The position numbers were made by a program, and so were the translations under genes. DNA of 64,000 nt, from positions 608,001 through 672,000 of the forward strand of contig CAVTLK010000002.1 of the NCBI GenBank assembly GCA_963735595.1, read 5' to 3'. The DNA comes from an uncultured delta proteobacterium. GTDB lineage: Bacteria > Desulfobacterota > Zymogenia > Zymogenales > Zymogenaceae. The number at the start of each line of letters is the position of its first letter. The stretch's first letter is position 1. The notes beneath the pieces were generated by a model. It ran no database searches and had not been told where the DNA came from. It saw only the letters and a list, made by a program, of their open reading frames with translations. This document shows positions 1 through 9,322 of the stretch, piece after piece.

Positions 1-161
1 CAGATTGTCTGAACGGACGGATGAAGCTGTTTCAGGATCGAAAGGTTGAATTCGTTTTTATCGATGCAGATCGGGAGAAATCCGCCGTCTTCCATGAGCC
101 CATATACAAGGTTTTGGCCGACAAGACCCGCGGCGCCGGTGATAACGATCTTTCTCTGCAT
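1..161 (-). CDS. NAD-dependent epimerase/dehydratase, N-terminal part (runs off the window)
   Basis: Hand translation from the ATG at 161 gives MQRKIVITGAAGLVGQNLV, a GxxGxxG Rossmann motif. Not in the ORF track. Confidence 0.8.
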   Translation of the reverse strand, partial: MQRKIVITGAAGLVGQNLVYGLMEDGGFLPICIDKNEFNLSILKQLHPSVQTI

Positions 162-179
162 ACGGGGATCTCTTATCCG

Positions 180-1052
180 TTAGTAAAAATATATAATGTA
201 TAGATAACTCAGAACCCACGCGAGAACGATAACTTGGATAAAACGATCGGTCAGTAAGACTTCAACCGGGTCGCCGGTCTTCCGCTCAACCAGTGCGATC
301 TGCAGATATCTGAGGATCCCCAGGATTACCCCAAAACTCGTCAAGTAAAGATACGGGGTCCCGTATCGCTCAATGACCTCGGTTTCGGTGGTGAAAAGGA
401 TATAGCAGACGATCGTAACGCCTGCCATGAGAACCATACAGGCGGAAACGAACTCGAGTGTGTAACCATTGAGGCTTTTCCGTATATCGTTATGATTACC
501 AATGAGCAATAGGTCATCCCTTCTTTTTGCCAATCCCAGAAGCATTGCAAGGAGGAACGTCATGAGGATTAACCAGTTGCTGAGACCGATATCGGCCTCT
601 TCCATCCCGATAAATATACGCAATACAAATCCGATGGAGATACACGTGATGTCGATAATGGGCATGCCCTTTAGCACGACGGAATAGAGGATATTCAGGA
701 CGAAATAGGAAAATAGCAGGGCAATCGTAGATAGCGTGAGAAACGGAAAAAAGGAGATACTCGCCCCCGCGAAGAGGGCCATCAGGAAATAGGCCGTCCT
801 TTTGGAAACTCTCCCGCTTGCCAACGGCCGGTTCTTCTTCACCGAATGGTTTCTATCGTATTGAATATCCCGGAGATCGTTAAAAATATACAGGGAGCTC
901 GAAAGGAAACAAAACGAGATAAAGGCGATGAGGCAGGAAGCAAAGGACCCGGCATCGAGTAATTTCCCTCCAAAAAAGAGGGGCGTGAAGATAAAGAGGT
1001 TCTTCACGTAATGCCGGGGCCGCGCGATTGCGATGATATCTCTAATAACCAT
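180..1052 (-). CDS. UbiA-family prenyltransferase, decaprenyl-phosphate phosphoribosyltransferase-like
   Basis: RPRHYVKN, YIFNDLRD..DRNHSVKKNRPLASG and KRRDDL motifs; multiple TM segments. Confidence 0.85.
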   Translation of the reverse strand: MVIRDIIAIARPRHYVKNLFIFTPLFFGGKLLDAGSFASCLIAFISFCFLSSSLYIFNDLRDIQYDRNHSVKKNRPLASGRVSKRTAYFLMALFAGASISFFPFLTLSTIALLFSYFVLNILYSVVLKGMPIIDITCISIGFVLRIFIGMEEADIGLSNWLILMTFLLAMLLGLAKRRDDLLLIGNHNDIRKSLNGYTLEFVSACMVLMAGVTIVCYILFTTETEVIERYGTPYLYLTSFGVILGILRYLQIALVERKTGDPVEVLLTDRFIQVIVLAWVLSYLYIIYFY

Positions 1053-1085
1053 TTCCGTTGATGAATAGAGGTTAGTGATACATTT

Positions 1086-3572
1086 TCAATTTGCCGTATC
1101 AATTATGGTATCGGTAAGCATACCATATTCGACGATAATGTCTCTTTTATAATATCGGAGACCTTCGCCATGTAACCGTAATAACGAGAATTCGTTCGGA
1201 CTCTTGTTGTACGATAACAGTGTCTTTGTTTCCTCAAGACCTTCAGGCAGAAAATTTACCAGTAGCCCGTCCTGAAGCGTATCGGGAACAATCCTCATAT
1301 CGCACATACGTGACGACGAGAGCAGGGTAATCCTCACCTCCGGAACCCTAAAGAGGACTTCCATGATTCTCCCGTATAGTGTTAAGTCGATCGGAATCTT
1401 TATTATAACCGGATGGCTGGAATGGGGTATTATAATGATGCTGTCAGTAGAATATCTCCTGCGATCCGTTACGGTGAGGTCTCTAAACCTCGGTTTTGCC
1501 CGTCGCTGCAGCAGGAGGAGGTCGTCCTTTTCTTTAACAACGTCGTACCATTTATAAATTGAAAGCCACATGGCGGGCGCGTCGGTCAGCGGGTGGCGTC
1601 CGTCGATCGCGTCCCAGTGCATGAGGATGAACCGCGGGGCTTTTGCGGTATCTTCGAGAAACCTGGAGTTTATGGTATCAAGCAAAGCGGTATAAGCCGA
1701 ATAGGATTGGAAGACAGGGAAGTTTACATATCGCAGGTGATTGGCCGGTGCGTAGTTCAGCATGAAGGGGAATATCCCCGTTGGCTCTTCTCCTATCGTG
1801 TCCGCCCAGTCTTTTGGTATCCGTAGTCCTTCAAGCCTTTCTTCGGACTCCTCAAACTCTTTTCTCATTACGTCGGGATGGAGCAACGTGTCAATTCTAT
1901 GATAGGATGACCTGAGCCCAATACCACGTTTCAGGAAATTAAGATGATGATTATACCCCTGACGATCAGTTATAAATACAGTGCTCAGTATAATAACCAG
2001 AGAAAACAAGCATAATGACCTCATGGTTATCCTCTGAGTATCTTCAAGGGACAGCAACGCTAACGAGAAAACGCCTGAGAACATGCCGAAGAAGTTGAAA
2101 GTATGCACGTCCTGCCTGACGAATCCGTGTTTGAAAGCAAAGAAGAGCGGTATCGAAAACAGCAGAAGCAAAAAGAAAACCCCGCGTTCCTTTATGAAGG
2201 TGCTTATCAGGAACAGGAAATAGAACATAATGAGGCCTGTCGCCGCCGCCAGTACCGCCTTATCGCCGGTGAGGCTCATCGCCGCGCTGTAGCCTGCCGA
2301 AATCTCATAAATGCCTCGTAAGAAGTAAGCCATGTGTGAGAAGTCCTTGTACTTATACAGGTACAGGATTGCAAAGCAGATGGCGAATGACAATAGCCAT
2401 ACTATCCCCATCCTGATTCCCTTTTTGTAATCCAGGAGGGTAGTTATAATGACTAAGAGGACCGCAGTGGATACCAAGAGCAGCCCGCTATTAGACTTCG
2501 TAAAGAAGATAATCGCGGACAATAAGACCCCTATCGTGAACGGGATGTACCACCTGTCTTTCTCAATAAGGGTTATCAAGAACAACGTCAGAATAGTATA
2601 GATGCTGAAATACTCTATAGATGAGATAATAAAAAAATTTATAAATAATACCGTAAAAAAGACAATCCGCATGACGCCAACTGTCTCCTTTTTAAATAGA
2701 TATATATGGCTTGAGACGAAAACAACCCATATAAGAATCTGAAAACACAGGGCGATTTCCAGGTTCCTGCCGATGTGTATCGGTAATATGAGAAATTCCA
2801 AATAACCACCCGTCCAAATCAAGTCATTACCCGTTCCCGCATCATACAGGTAATTAACGGCATACATCCACGAGTTATCGAGGTCTGGATTATATAGTAT
2901 ATAGGTCGGCGGGACAGTGAGCAGGGCAAGGTATATCAGCACGATGGATAAGAGGCAAAGTCTTACGTGAGGGATTCTTGAGAACCATGAAACGACCGTA
3001 TCCCTTTTGAATGATACGAGAAGGACCAGAAGGGACAGGAGTAACGAGAGGAGATAGAGATAGGCCCGTTTGACCCGGTTTGCGGCGGGAATAAAGGAGG
3101 CCGCCGTGGTTTCAAACTGCGGGCTGTTACCGATTGATTCTATCGAAACAACCCCGTCTTTGACGGCAAATTGTCCGATGTCCTTTAACGGGCGGAAATC
3201 CCGGGCAATTTCCTCCGCCCCCCACGCGTGACGAAAAAAACGATACTTCTCAAGCGCGATGCCCTTGACATCAATCGTGCCGCTTGTATTACCCGGATCA
3301 ATCCTCAGTCTCGTGATTTCCCGCGGCGGCAGGGCGAAGGCGAGCTCGGTAAAGCTATCGGATTTCGTATAATCAACAGTAACGGATTTCTTTTCCTGCC
3401 ATCCTCTTCCGGTGTCGTAATAGACCCGGTACGGGACCGTCTCCGGACCCTTAACGATGATGATGAGTCTCGTCGGCACGTATACCGGGAGAAAGGTGGA
3501 CGCAGCGGCAAGCACAATAAACACAATGCCCGCGATAAGGACAGGCACTATCCGTGGGTTTATACGAGTCAA
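1086..3572 (-). CDS. Large polytopic membrane protein, putative GT-C-type glycosyltransferase/glycan modification protein
   Basis: 828 aa with many TM helices and an LDNSW motif after an early TM; AT-rich; TTG start with AAGGAGG RBS; upstream of the UbiA-family gene. Confidence 0.55.
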   Translation of the reverse strand: MTRINPRIVPVLIAGIVFIVLAAASTFLPVYVPTRLIIIVKGPETVPYRVYYDTGRGWQEKKSVTVDYTKSDSFTELAFALPPREITRLRIDPGNTSGTIDVKGIALEKYRFFRHAWGAEEIARDFRPLKDIGQFAVKDGVVSIESIGNSPQFETTAASFIPAANRVKRAYLYLLSLLLSLLVLLVSFKRDTVVSWFSRIPHVRLCLLSIVLIYLALLTVPPTYILYNPDLDNSWMYAVNYLYDAGTGNDLIWTGGYLEFLILPIHIGRNLEIALCFQILIWVVFVSSHIYLFKKETVGVMRIVFFTVLFINFFIISSIEYFSIYTILTLFLITLIEKDRWYIPFTIGVLLSAIIFFTKSNSGLLLVSTAVLLVIITTLLDYKKGIRMGIVWLLSFAICFAILYLYKYKDFSHMAYFLRGIYEISAGYSAAMSLTGDKAVLAAATGLIMFYFLFLISTFIKERGVFFLLLLFSIPLFFAFKHGFVRQDVHTFNFFGMFSGVFSLALLSLEDTQRITMRSLCLFSLVIILSTVFITDRQGYNHHLNFLKRGIGLRSSYHRIDTLLHPDVMRKEFEESEERLEGLRIPKDWADTIGEEPTGIFPFMLNYAPANHLRYVNFPVFQSYSAYTALLDTINSRFLEDTAKAPRFILMHWDAIDGRHPLTDAPAMWLSIYKWYDVVKEKDDLLLLQRRAKPRFRDLTVTDRRRYSTDSIIIIPHSSHPVIIKIPIDLTLYGRIMEVLFRVPEVRITLLSSSRMCDMRIVPDTLQDGLLVNFLPEGLEETKTLLSYNKSPNEFSLLRLHGEGLRYYKRDIIVEYGMLTDTIIDTAN

Positions 3573-3800
3573 GAGGGAGCGCCTCCTTGATTCCAGGATT
3601 ACCGCTCACCATATACGTAAACTATGGATATGTAAAGACGTTTATTAGCTTAATCGAATGGTGGTATTCAGGGGGACGCCGCATAGAATCTTTATAGGCC
3701 TATGGGGCGTGGAACGGACGCGTCTCATTCCCTTTTTCCGTCGGAGTGTTTTAGCGCCTATAACCGGCGGGGGAGGGCGGCCCGGGTCATCGCGACGTCC

Positions 3801-5507
3801 CTATCTCACCACGTTATAAGGCCACATCACGATGCCCCCGTCCATGAACTTCACGTCGGTAAACCCGAGACCCTCCAGAATTTTGACGGCCTCGTAGCCC
3901 CTGAGGCTTACCGCGCAGTAGGTAACGATCTCGGCGTTCTTCGGCAGGTCCCGGGCCTGATCCCTGAGCTTTCCGAGTGGGATGTGGATGAACTTATCCG
4001 AGGGGAGCCTCCCGTCCGTTGTGATCTCAGACGGCGTACGGACGTCCAGGAGCACGAAATCATCGCCCCGTGTGATTCGCTCCATCACCTGCATCGGGGT
4101 GACGCTTTTGGCGATGCCGTCCAGTTTGTTTCTCAAGATGTTTGCCGCGGTGATGATGTTATCCATGGCCGAGGAATAGGGCGGTGCGTAGGCGAGGTCG
4201 AAGTTCGCGGCCTGATCGACCGTGGCGCCGAAACCGAGGGCGACGGCCGCCGTGTCGACGCGCTTATCCACGTCTCCGGGGCCGATGATCTGGGCGCCGA
4301 GGAGCCTGCGGCTCCCGGCGTCGGCCACGAGCTTTATCACGATCGTCTGTGCCCCCGGGTAGTAATGCGCCTTATCCGGAGAGGGGGAAAGGACGGTCTG
4401 GACAACGAACCCCTCCTTTTTTGCCGCCGTCTCCGAAAGACCCGTGGCTGCCGCGGTATAGTCGAAGACCTTAACGATGGCCGTCCCGCATACACCCTTG
4501 AATCGTTCGTTGCCGCCGGTAACGTTGGTCCCGATTACGCGTCCGTGCTTGTTGGCCGTTGAGCCCATGGGGATGGTAACGCGCCTGCCATGCACCAGGC
4601 CTATCTGCTCTACGCAATCGCCCCCGGCGTAAATATCGGGGTCCGAGGTTTGCATTTCTTCATTAATGAGAATGCCGCCCAACCGGCCGATCTCAAGGCC
4701 GCTGTCTTTGGCCAGCGTGCTGTTGGGTTTCATCCCGACGGCCACGAGAACGAAATCGGCAGGAACCTCGCCCTTATCGGTGACAACGGAAACGACGTTA
4801 TCCCGGCCGTCGCCCGTTATCCGGGTGACCGTGGTACCTATCATGACGGCTACGCCCTTCTGGGTGAGGTGACGGGTTAGATATACGCTCATCTCCGCGT
4901 CCAACAGGCCGGGCAGGATGCGGTCCATCATCTCGACAATGGTGACCGAAAGCCCCCTCCTGACGAGGGACTCCGTGATCTCCAGGCCGATGAGCCCGCC
5001 CCCGATGATTACTGCGTTTTTGAGCTTTCCTTCTATCAGGGCCCGGTCGATCTTTACGGCGTCTTCGACGCACGCGTGAGAACAGAGGGTAAAGACATTA
5101 TTAACCGAATCGCGGCCGGGAATATCGGGCAGGAACGGCTGGCTACCCGTTGCCAGGACCAGTTTGTCGTACGGAATCCGGGAGCGGGAGCCGTCGGCGA
5201 CATTAACGACGTTAACTGCCTTCTTATCCCGATCGATAGACTCGGCAAGGGTCTTGTTGAGAATGGTAATATCCTTTACGTTCTTGAAAAAGGCCGCGTC
5301 TCGTGCGACGCCGAGAGGCGTCTCCGTTAGTCCACTTGCTTCCTTTACGTCTCCCGAGAGAAAGTAGGGGATCCCGCATCCCGCGTACGACAACGTCTCT
5401 CCCTTTTCTATGATGGTAATCCGGGCATCGGGATCAAGCCTCCGGGCCCGGGCGGCGGCCTTGGGACCGCAGGCGACGCCGCCGACGATAACAATCCTCT
5501 GAGGCAT
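3801..5507 (-). CDS. FAD-dependent pyridine nucleotide-disulfide oxidoreductase with C-terminal rhodanese domain (CoA-disulfide/persulfide reductase-like)
   Basis: FAD-binding GGVACG, active-site SYAGCGIPY, NADH-binding GGGLIGLE, YAPPYS, rhodanese LLDVR...YCAVSLRG. Confidence 0.9.
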   Translation of the reverse strand: MPQRIVIVGGVACGPKAAARARRLDPDARITIIEKGETLSYAGCGIPYFLSGDVKEASGLTETPLGVARDAAFFKNVKDITILNKTLAESIDRDKKAVNVVNVADGSRSRIPYDKLVLATGSQPFLPDIPGRDSVNNVFTLCSHACVEDAVKIDRALIEGKLKNAVIIGGGLIGLEITESLVRRGLSVTIVEMMDRILPGLLDAEMSVYLTRHLTQKGVAVMIGTTVTRITGDGRDNVVSVVTDKGEVPADFVLVAVGMKPNSTLAKDSGLEIGRLGGILINEEMQTSDPDIYAGGDCVEQIGLVHGRRVTIPMGSTANKHGRVIGTNVTGGNERFKGVCGTAIVKVFDYTAAATGLSETAAKKEGFVVQTVLSPSPDKAHYYPGAQTIVIKLVADAGSRRLLGAQIIGPGDVDKRVDTAAVALGFGATVDQAANFDLAYAPPYSSAMDNIITAANILRNKLDGIAKSVTPMQVMERITRGDDFVLLDVRTPSEITTDGRLPSDKFIHIPLGKLRDQARDLPKNAEIVTYCAVSLRGYEAVKILEGLGFTDVKFMDGGIVMWPYNVVR

Positions 5508-5694
5508 TTTACACTCCGTTGTAATCTATACGCGTATCATTGGTAAATACGGGACTAAGATTCCGTCAGATGCAGATCGGTGATTCAATTTCAGGTATAG
5601 ATGAGACGATGGGCCGAAGGATTCACCGTGCGTTGCCACGATCTCGTTGTCCCGGCCGTAGAGAACGGAGGCTGACGAACCGGGCCGGGGATGG

Positions 5695-5720
5695 AAATAA
5701 AAAGGGCCTTATCGGCCCTT
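5695..5720 (-). terminator. Intrinsic terminator downstream of tRNA-His
   Basis: Minus strand reads AAGGGCC-GATAA-GGCCCTT followed by a T-rich run. Confidence 0.7.
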
Positions 5721-5731
5721 GATATGATTTC

Positions 5732-5808
5732 TGGGGTGGGTAAAGGGATTTGAACCCTCGGCCTTCGGGGCCACAACCCGACACTCTAACCACTGAGCTA
5801 TACCCACC
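5732..5808 (-). tRNA. tRNA-His (GUG)
   Basis: GGTGGGTATAGCTCAGTGGTTAGAGTGTCGGGTT-GTG-GCCCCGAAGGCCGAGGGTTCAAATCCCTTTACCCACCCCA: cloverleaf, GTG anticodon, encoded G-1/C73 pair and encoded CCA. Confidence 0.95.
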
Positions 5809-5819
5809 ATAAGCACTCA

Positions 5820-5885
5820 ATGATAGTAATTTACCGGAGACCTGTCAACTTAATTTTGACATTTTGCGAAAATATGATATATAAC
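5820..5885. promoter_or_regulatory. Back-to-back sigma70-type promoters for tRNA-His (-) and the hisZ operon (+)
   Basis: Minus strand: TTGACA(5848-5843)-17 nt-TATCAT. Plus strand: TTGACA(5856-5861) then TGaTATATAAC. The two -35 boxes form TGTCAA-N7-TTGACA. Confidence 0.65.
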
Positions 5886-5908
5886 AGGCTCACTTCCGGA
5901 GGCCGTTT

Positions 5909-7156
5909 ATGGATACACAGAAGCGTGGGAAAGACCTCCTGCCAAAAGATACGATCAAGTTTCGGCACGCCGAAGACCTCTTCCTGGAAGAGGCGATCCG
6001 CTGGGGGTATCAGGAGATCAGAACACCGACCGTGGAGCCGATATCCCTGTTCACCGCTGCCGGCACGCTTGACCCGCGCATGTTGGATAACCTCTACTCC
6101 TTTCTGGACTGGGACGGCTGGAGCGGACAGCGCGTGGTTCTGCGGCCCGACGGTACGATACCGGCAAACCGGCTTTTCATCGAGCGTTTTGCCGATATGG
6201 GTCATCCGGGCGGTTCCGTGCGGCTCTGCTATATCGCTGATATGTTCTCGTACGACGAGGACGGCACCTCCGAGCATCGGCAGTGCGGTGTGGAGCTGAT
6301 CGAGAACGACGGCGGCAGCCCTGCCGCTTCCGACGCCGAGGTTGTCGAGCTTTCCGTTTCGATCCTGACCAGGGTGGGCTACGAATCGCCGCTGCTGAGA
6401 CTCGGCTATCCGCCGCTGGTCCGCGAGCTGCTGGATGCCGCGGGGCTCTCCGGCGAAGAGAAAGAGGCGGTGCTCAAACTCATCCACGAGAAGAATCGGG
6501 ATGAGCTGGCGCGAGTCTGCGCCAGGAAAGGCCTCGAAAAACTCCTGGGACTTCTCGAACTCCGGTCATCATCCCGGGATTTTATCAGAAACGTGGGGGC
6601 GTTTCTCCCAAAGACAGCGGGAATCGAGGCGGCGCTTTGCGCCTTCGACGATTCCATCGCCGCAATCGAGCAGGCCCGCGTGCCTTTCGAGATCAGCTTT
6701 TCGCTTCCCCTCAATTTTGAATACTACACGGGGCTTGTCATGGAGGTATATCCCGACTCCGCACGAACGGCCCGTAATGATATCCTCATGTCGGGCGGAC
6801 GGTACGATAACCTTACCGCTATCCTCTCCAGGGGCAGGGTATCGACCCGCGCCGTCGGCTGGGCGCTCAAGATCGATCGGATCGTCGCCGGCGCCGAGTT
6901 TACGGCGGCACTGAGCAAGCGGGCGGTGCTGGTTATCCCCGGCGACGACCGCGTGCTTGCCCGAAGGATCGTGTCTGCCCTCCGGGATCGGGGGATAGCC
7001 GCCCACATCGCGTCGACCGGCCAGGACTCCGGCATGTTCCGCCGGGTGCTGACGGTTGATCGAGATACGGTACGGATTTCTGATTCGTCGACCGGGAAGA
7101 TTCTGGACATCCCCAAGGAGAAGATCGGTGATATCCCCGACCTCATCGGACGCTGA
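5909..7156 (+). CDS. hisZ: ATP phosphoribosyltransferase regulatory subunit (HisRS-like)
   Basis: GYQEIRTP, LRPDGT, QCGVELI, EYYTGLV and GGRYD motifs; adjacent to hisG-like genes. Confidence 0.8.
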   Translation: MDTQKRGKDLLPKDTIKFRHAEDLFLEEAIRWGYQEIRTPTVEPISLFTAAGTLDPRMLDNLYSFLDWDGWSGQRVVLRPDGTIPANRLFIERFADMGHPGGSVRLCYIADMFSYDEDGTSEHRQCGVELIENDGGSPAASDAEVVELSVSILTRVGYESPLLRLGYPPLVRELLDAAGLSGEEKEAVLKLIHEKNRDELARVCARKGLEKLLGLLELRSSSRDFIRNVGAFLPKTAGIEAALCAFDDSIAAIEQARVPFEISFSLPLNFEYYTGLVMEVYPDSARTARNDILMSGGRYDNLTAILSRGRVSTRAVGWALKIDRIVAGAEFTAALSKRAVLVIPGDDRVLARRIVSALRDRGIAAHIASTGQDSGMFRRVLTVDRDTVRISDSSTGKILDIPKEKIGDIPDLIGR

Positions 7157-7810
7157 TATTCGTCTCAAGGTGGCCCTGCCGAAGGGCGCGCTCACCGGTC
7201 CCGTTGCCGACCTGTTGGAGCGGGCCGGCATTGTCGTCCCGGGCTACCACGACGGCTCCCGTGTCTATCGGCTTGTCAGCCAGTCGCCCCCCGGCGTCTT
7301 CGTAAAGGTCTTTTCACCCCGGGATATCCCCATCCAGGTGGCGGTGGGAAACTACGACATCGGCGTATCGGACCGTCTCTGGGTTGATGAGCTGATAACG
7401 TCGTACCGGAAGATCGCGCTGGTGGTCGTCATGGAGTTGGGATTCGGTCACGAACGCCTCTACGCGGCCTCGACCCCGGACGGCGCGGCCGGCGGCGCGT
7501 TTGTCGGGGACGTCTCACGATCCGGTGAGGATTGTGAGCGAATATCCGAACCTGGCGGAGGCATACGCGCGGTCGATGCGGTTTTTCAACTACCGGGTTT
7601 TCCCGGTATGGGGCGCGGCGGGGTCCTATCTCCCGGAGGCGGCCGATATCGCGGTGGTCGAGGGGCGCGAACGCGGCGACTGTCCGACGCATGGGGCTTG
7701 AACCTGTCGCCGAGATCGTCACGTCGCAGGCGGTCGTCATCGCCAACCGGGTCTCGTTCGAAACCAGGGATCTCTTCGATATCCTCTCTCGGCTGGGGGG
7801 GGCGTCATGA
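7128..7810 (+). CDS. Short HisG-like protein, copy 1 (degenerate PRPP loop; about 2 apparent frameshifts)
   Basis: LKVALPKG, PRDIPIQVAVGNYDIGV, RIVSEYPNLA and WGAAGSYLPEAADIAV pieced from three frames; GTG at 7128 with AAGGAG RBS; ATGA overlap with the next gene. Confidence 0.65.
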
Positions 7811-8523
7811 TAAGACTGGCGCTACCCGACGGACACCAGCAGAAACACGTGATCGGGCTCTTTGACAAGACGTCGCTTGCGCTTTCCGGTTACCAGCTTG
7901 GGGCGCCGGAGAAGCGGCCGGGCATTTCTATTGGCGGTGTGGCCGTCACCGTTATACGGCCCCAGGACATGCCCGGCCAGGTGGCGGCCGGCAACTTCGA
8001 CCTGGCCGTGACCGGGCTTGATTGGCTGCTGGACCACCTGTGCCGTTTCCCCAAGAGCCCGGTGGAGGCGCTCCTTTCGCTCGGCATTGGGCGGGTGCGG
8101 GTGGTGGCCGTTGTGCACGAAGAGGTTGGCGCGGAGTCCATGGACGACCTCAAGCGGCTCCTGGCCGAGGGGTCGATCGGGCGGCCCTTCTTCAGGATCG
8201 CCTCCGAATACGTCAATCTTGCCGACCGGTTCGCCCTGCACCACCACATAGTCGATTACCGGGTAATCCCCACCTACGGCGCAACGGAGGCCCTCATCCC
8301 CGAGGACGCAGACCTGATCATCGAAAACACGGAGACGGGAACGACGCTGGCAAAAAACCGGCTCAAGATCGTCGGCGAGCTCTTTGTTTCGACGGGATGC
8401 CTCATCGGGAGAAAGGGAATCCTGGATGAAAAAAAACGAGCCGTTAAATCGTTCGTTGACCAGCTCGCGCGAATACCGGGGGTGACCGCGTACCGCGAGG
8501 CAGTACCGGGAAAAGGGGAGTAG
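7807..8523 (+). CDS. hisG: ATP phosphoribosyltransferase, short form, copy 2
   Basis: IRLALPDG, RPQDMP, FDLAVTGLDW, IASEY and GATEALIPEDADLIIENTETGTTL (PRPP-binding signature). Confidence 0.85.
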   Translation: MIRLALPDGHQQKHVIGLFDKTSLALSGYQLGAPEKRPGISIGGVAVTVIRPQDMPGQVAAGNFDLAVTGLDWLLDHLCRFPKSPVEALLSLGIGRVRVVAVVHEEVGAESMDDLKRLLAEGSIGRPFFRIASEYVNLADRFALHHHIVDYRVIPTYGATEALIPEDADLIIENTETGTTLAKNRLKIVGELFVSTGCLIGRKGILDEKKRAVKSFVDQLARIPGVTAYREAVPGKGE

Positions 8524-8616
8524 GGCTTCCCGGGCCGGACGGCCCCGGTACGCTATATCCGTCCGTCAACAATCCGAAAAACTCACTCTGCCGCCGGCGG
8601 CGCGTTCCTCCGCGGC

Positions 8617-9177
8617 CTATCCCGGCAGCTCGGCCTCCAGAAGCCCCTTGCCTAACAAACCCAGGAAAAATGAGCAGATAAAGGCGCCGATATTGAGCAG
8701 GACATACCCCTCGAGCAGCCCGCGGGCGGGGAAACCGGGCTGGAGCGCCAGCACGAGCATACACACGGAGAAGACGAAAAAAGAGATCGCGAGGATCAGC
8801 TTCCTGACCAAGATCGGCGTGGTGACGCGGCGGAACCGCACCTTGGCGTCCATGATGCCGGTCAGGAAAGACAGGAGAACGCCCAGCGGCGTAAAGAGGG
8901 ATATCGTGATCAGGGTGTCGAACAGGTACGTGTCCAGCCTGCCCCTCAGGAAGAGACCCGCGATAGAGAAAACCAGCGTTGAGACCGTAAAAGCCTGGGG
9001 GAAATGATCGAGGACCGGGTGGATATCGAGAGAAAGGAACCTCCTTCTCTTGGCCGACACCGGGTCCGTATATGGAAGCATGTTCCCGGCGGGGACCCCG
9101 CACGCGGGGCAGACGTCCTTTACCCGCGACTTCCTCGTGATATAACCGCACGACCTGCAACGGACGAGATCATCCAT
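8617..9177 (-). CDS. Rubredoxin-like CxxC-CPxC domain fused to a DUF2231-like membrane domain
   Basis: CRSCGY...CPACG at the N-terminus, then HPVLDHFPQA and about 4 TM helices. Confidence 0.7.
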   Translation of the reverse strand: MDDLVRCRSCGYITRKSRVKDVCPACGVPAGNMLPYTDPVSAKRRRFLSLDIHPVLDHFPQAFTVSTLVFSIAGLFLRGRLDTYLFDTLITISLFTPLGVLLSFLTGIMDAKVRFRRVTTPILVRKLILAISFFVFSVCMLVLALQPGFPARGLLEGYVLLNIGAFICSFFLGLLGKGLLEAELPG

Positions 9178-9322
9178 CTCTATACCTCCCGAGCTCCGTG
9201 GTTTTGTTATTGTAGATTATACACCGGAATCGGAGGTCCGGCCGAAAAATGTTATTGCAGATACTTATTGCAAATAACGTCGGCGTCACCTACAATATTT
9301 ACAGTATTTGAGGAGGTGTGAT

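Noticed and set aside
1..5732. Genomic island integrated at tRNA-His
   Set aside because: No integrase or duplicated tRNA 3' end is visible, and the gene next to the tRNA has host-like GC.
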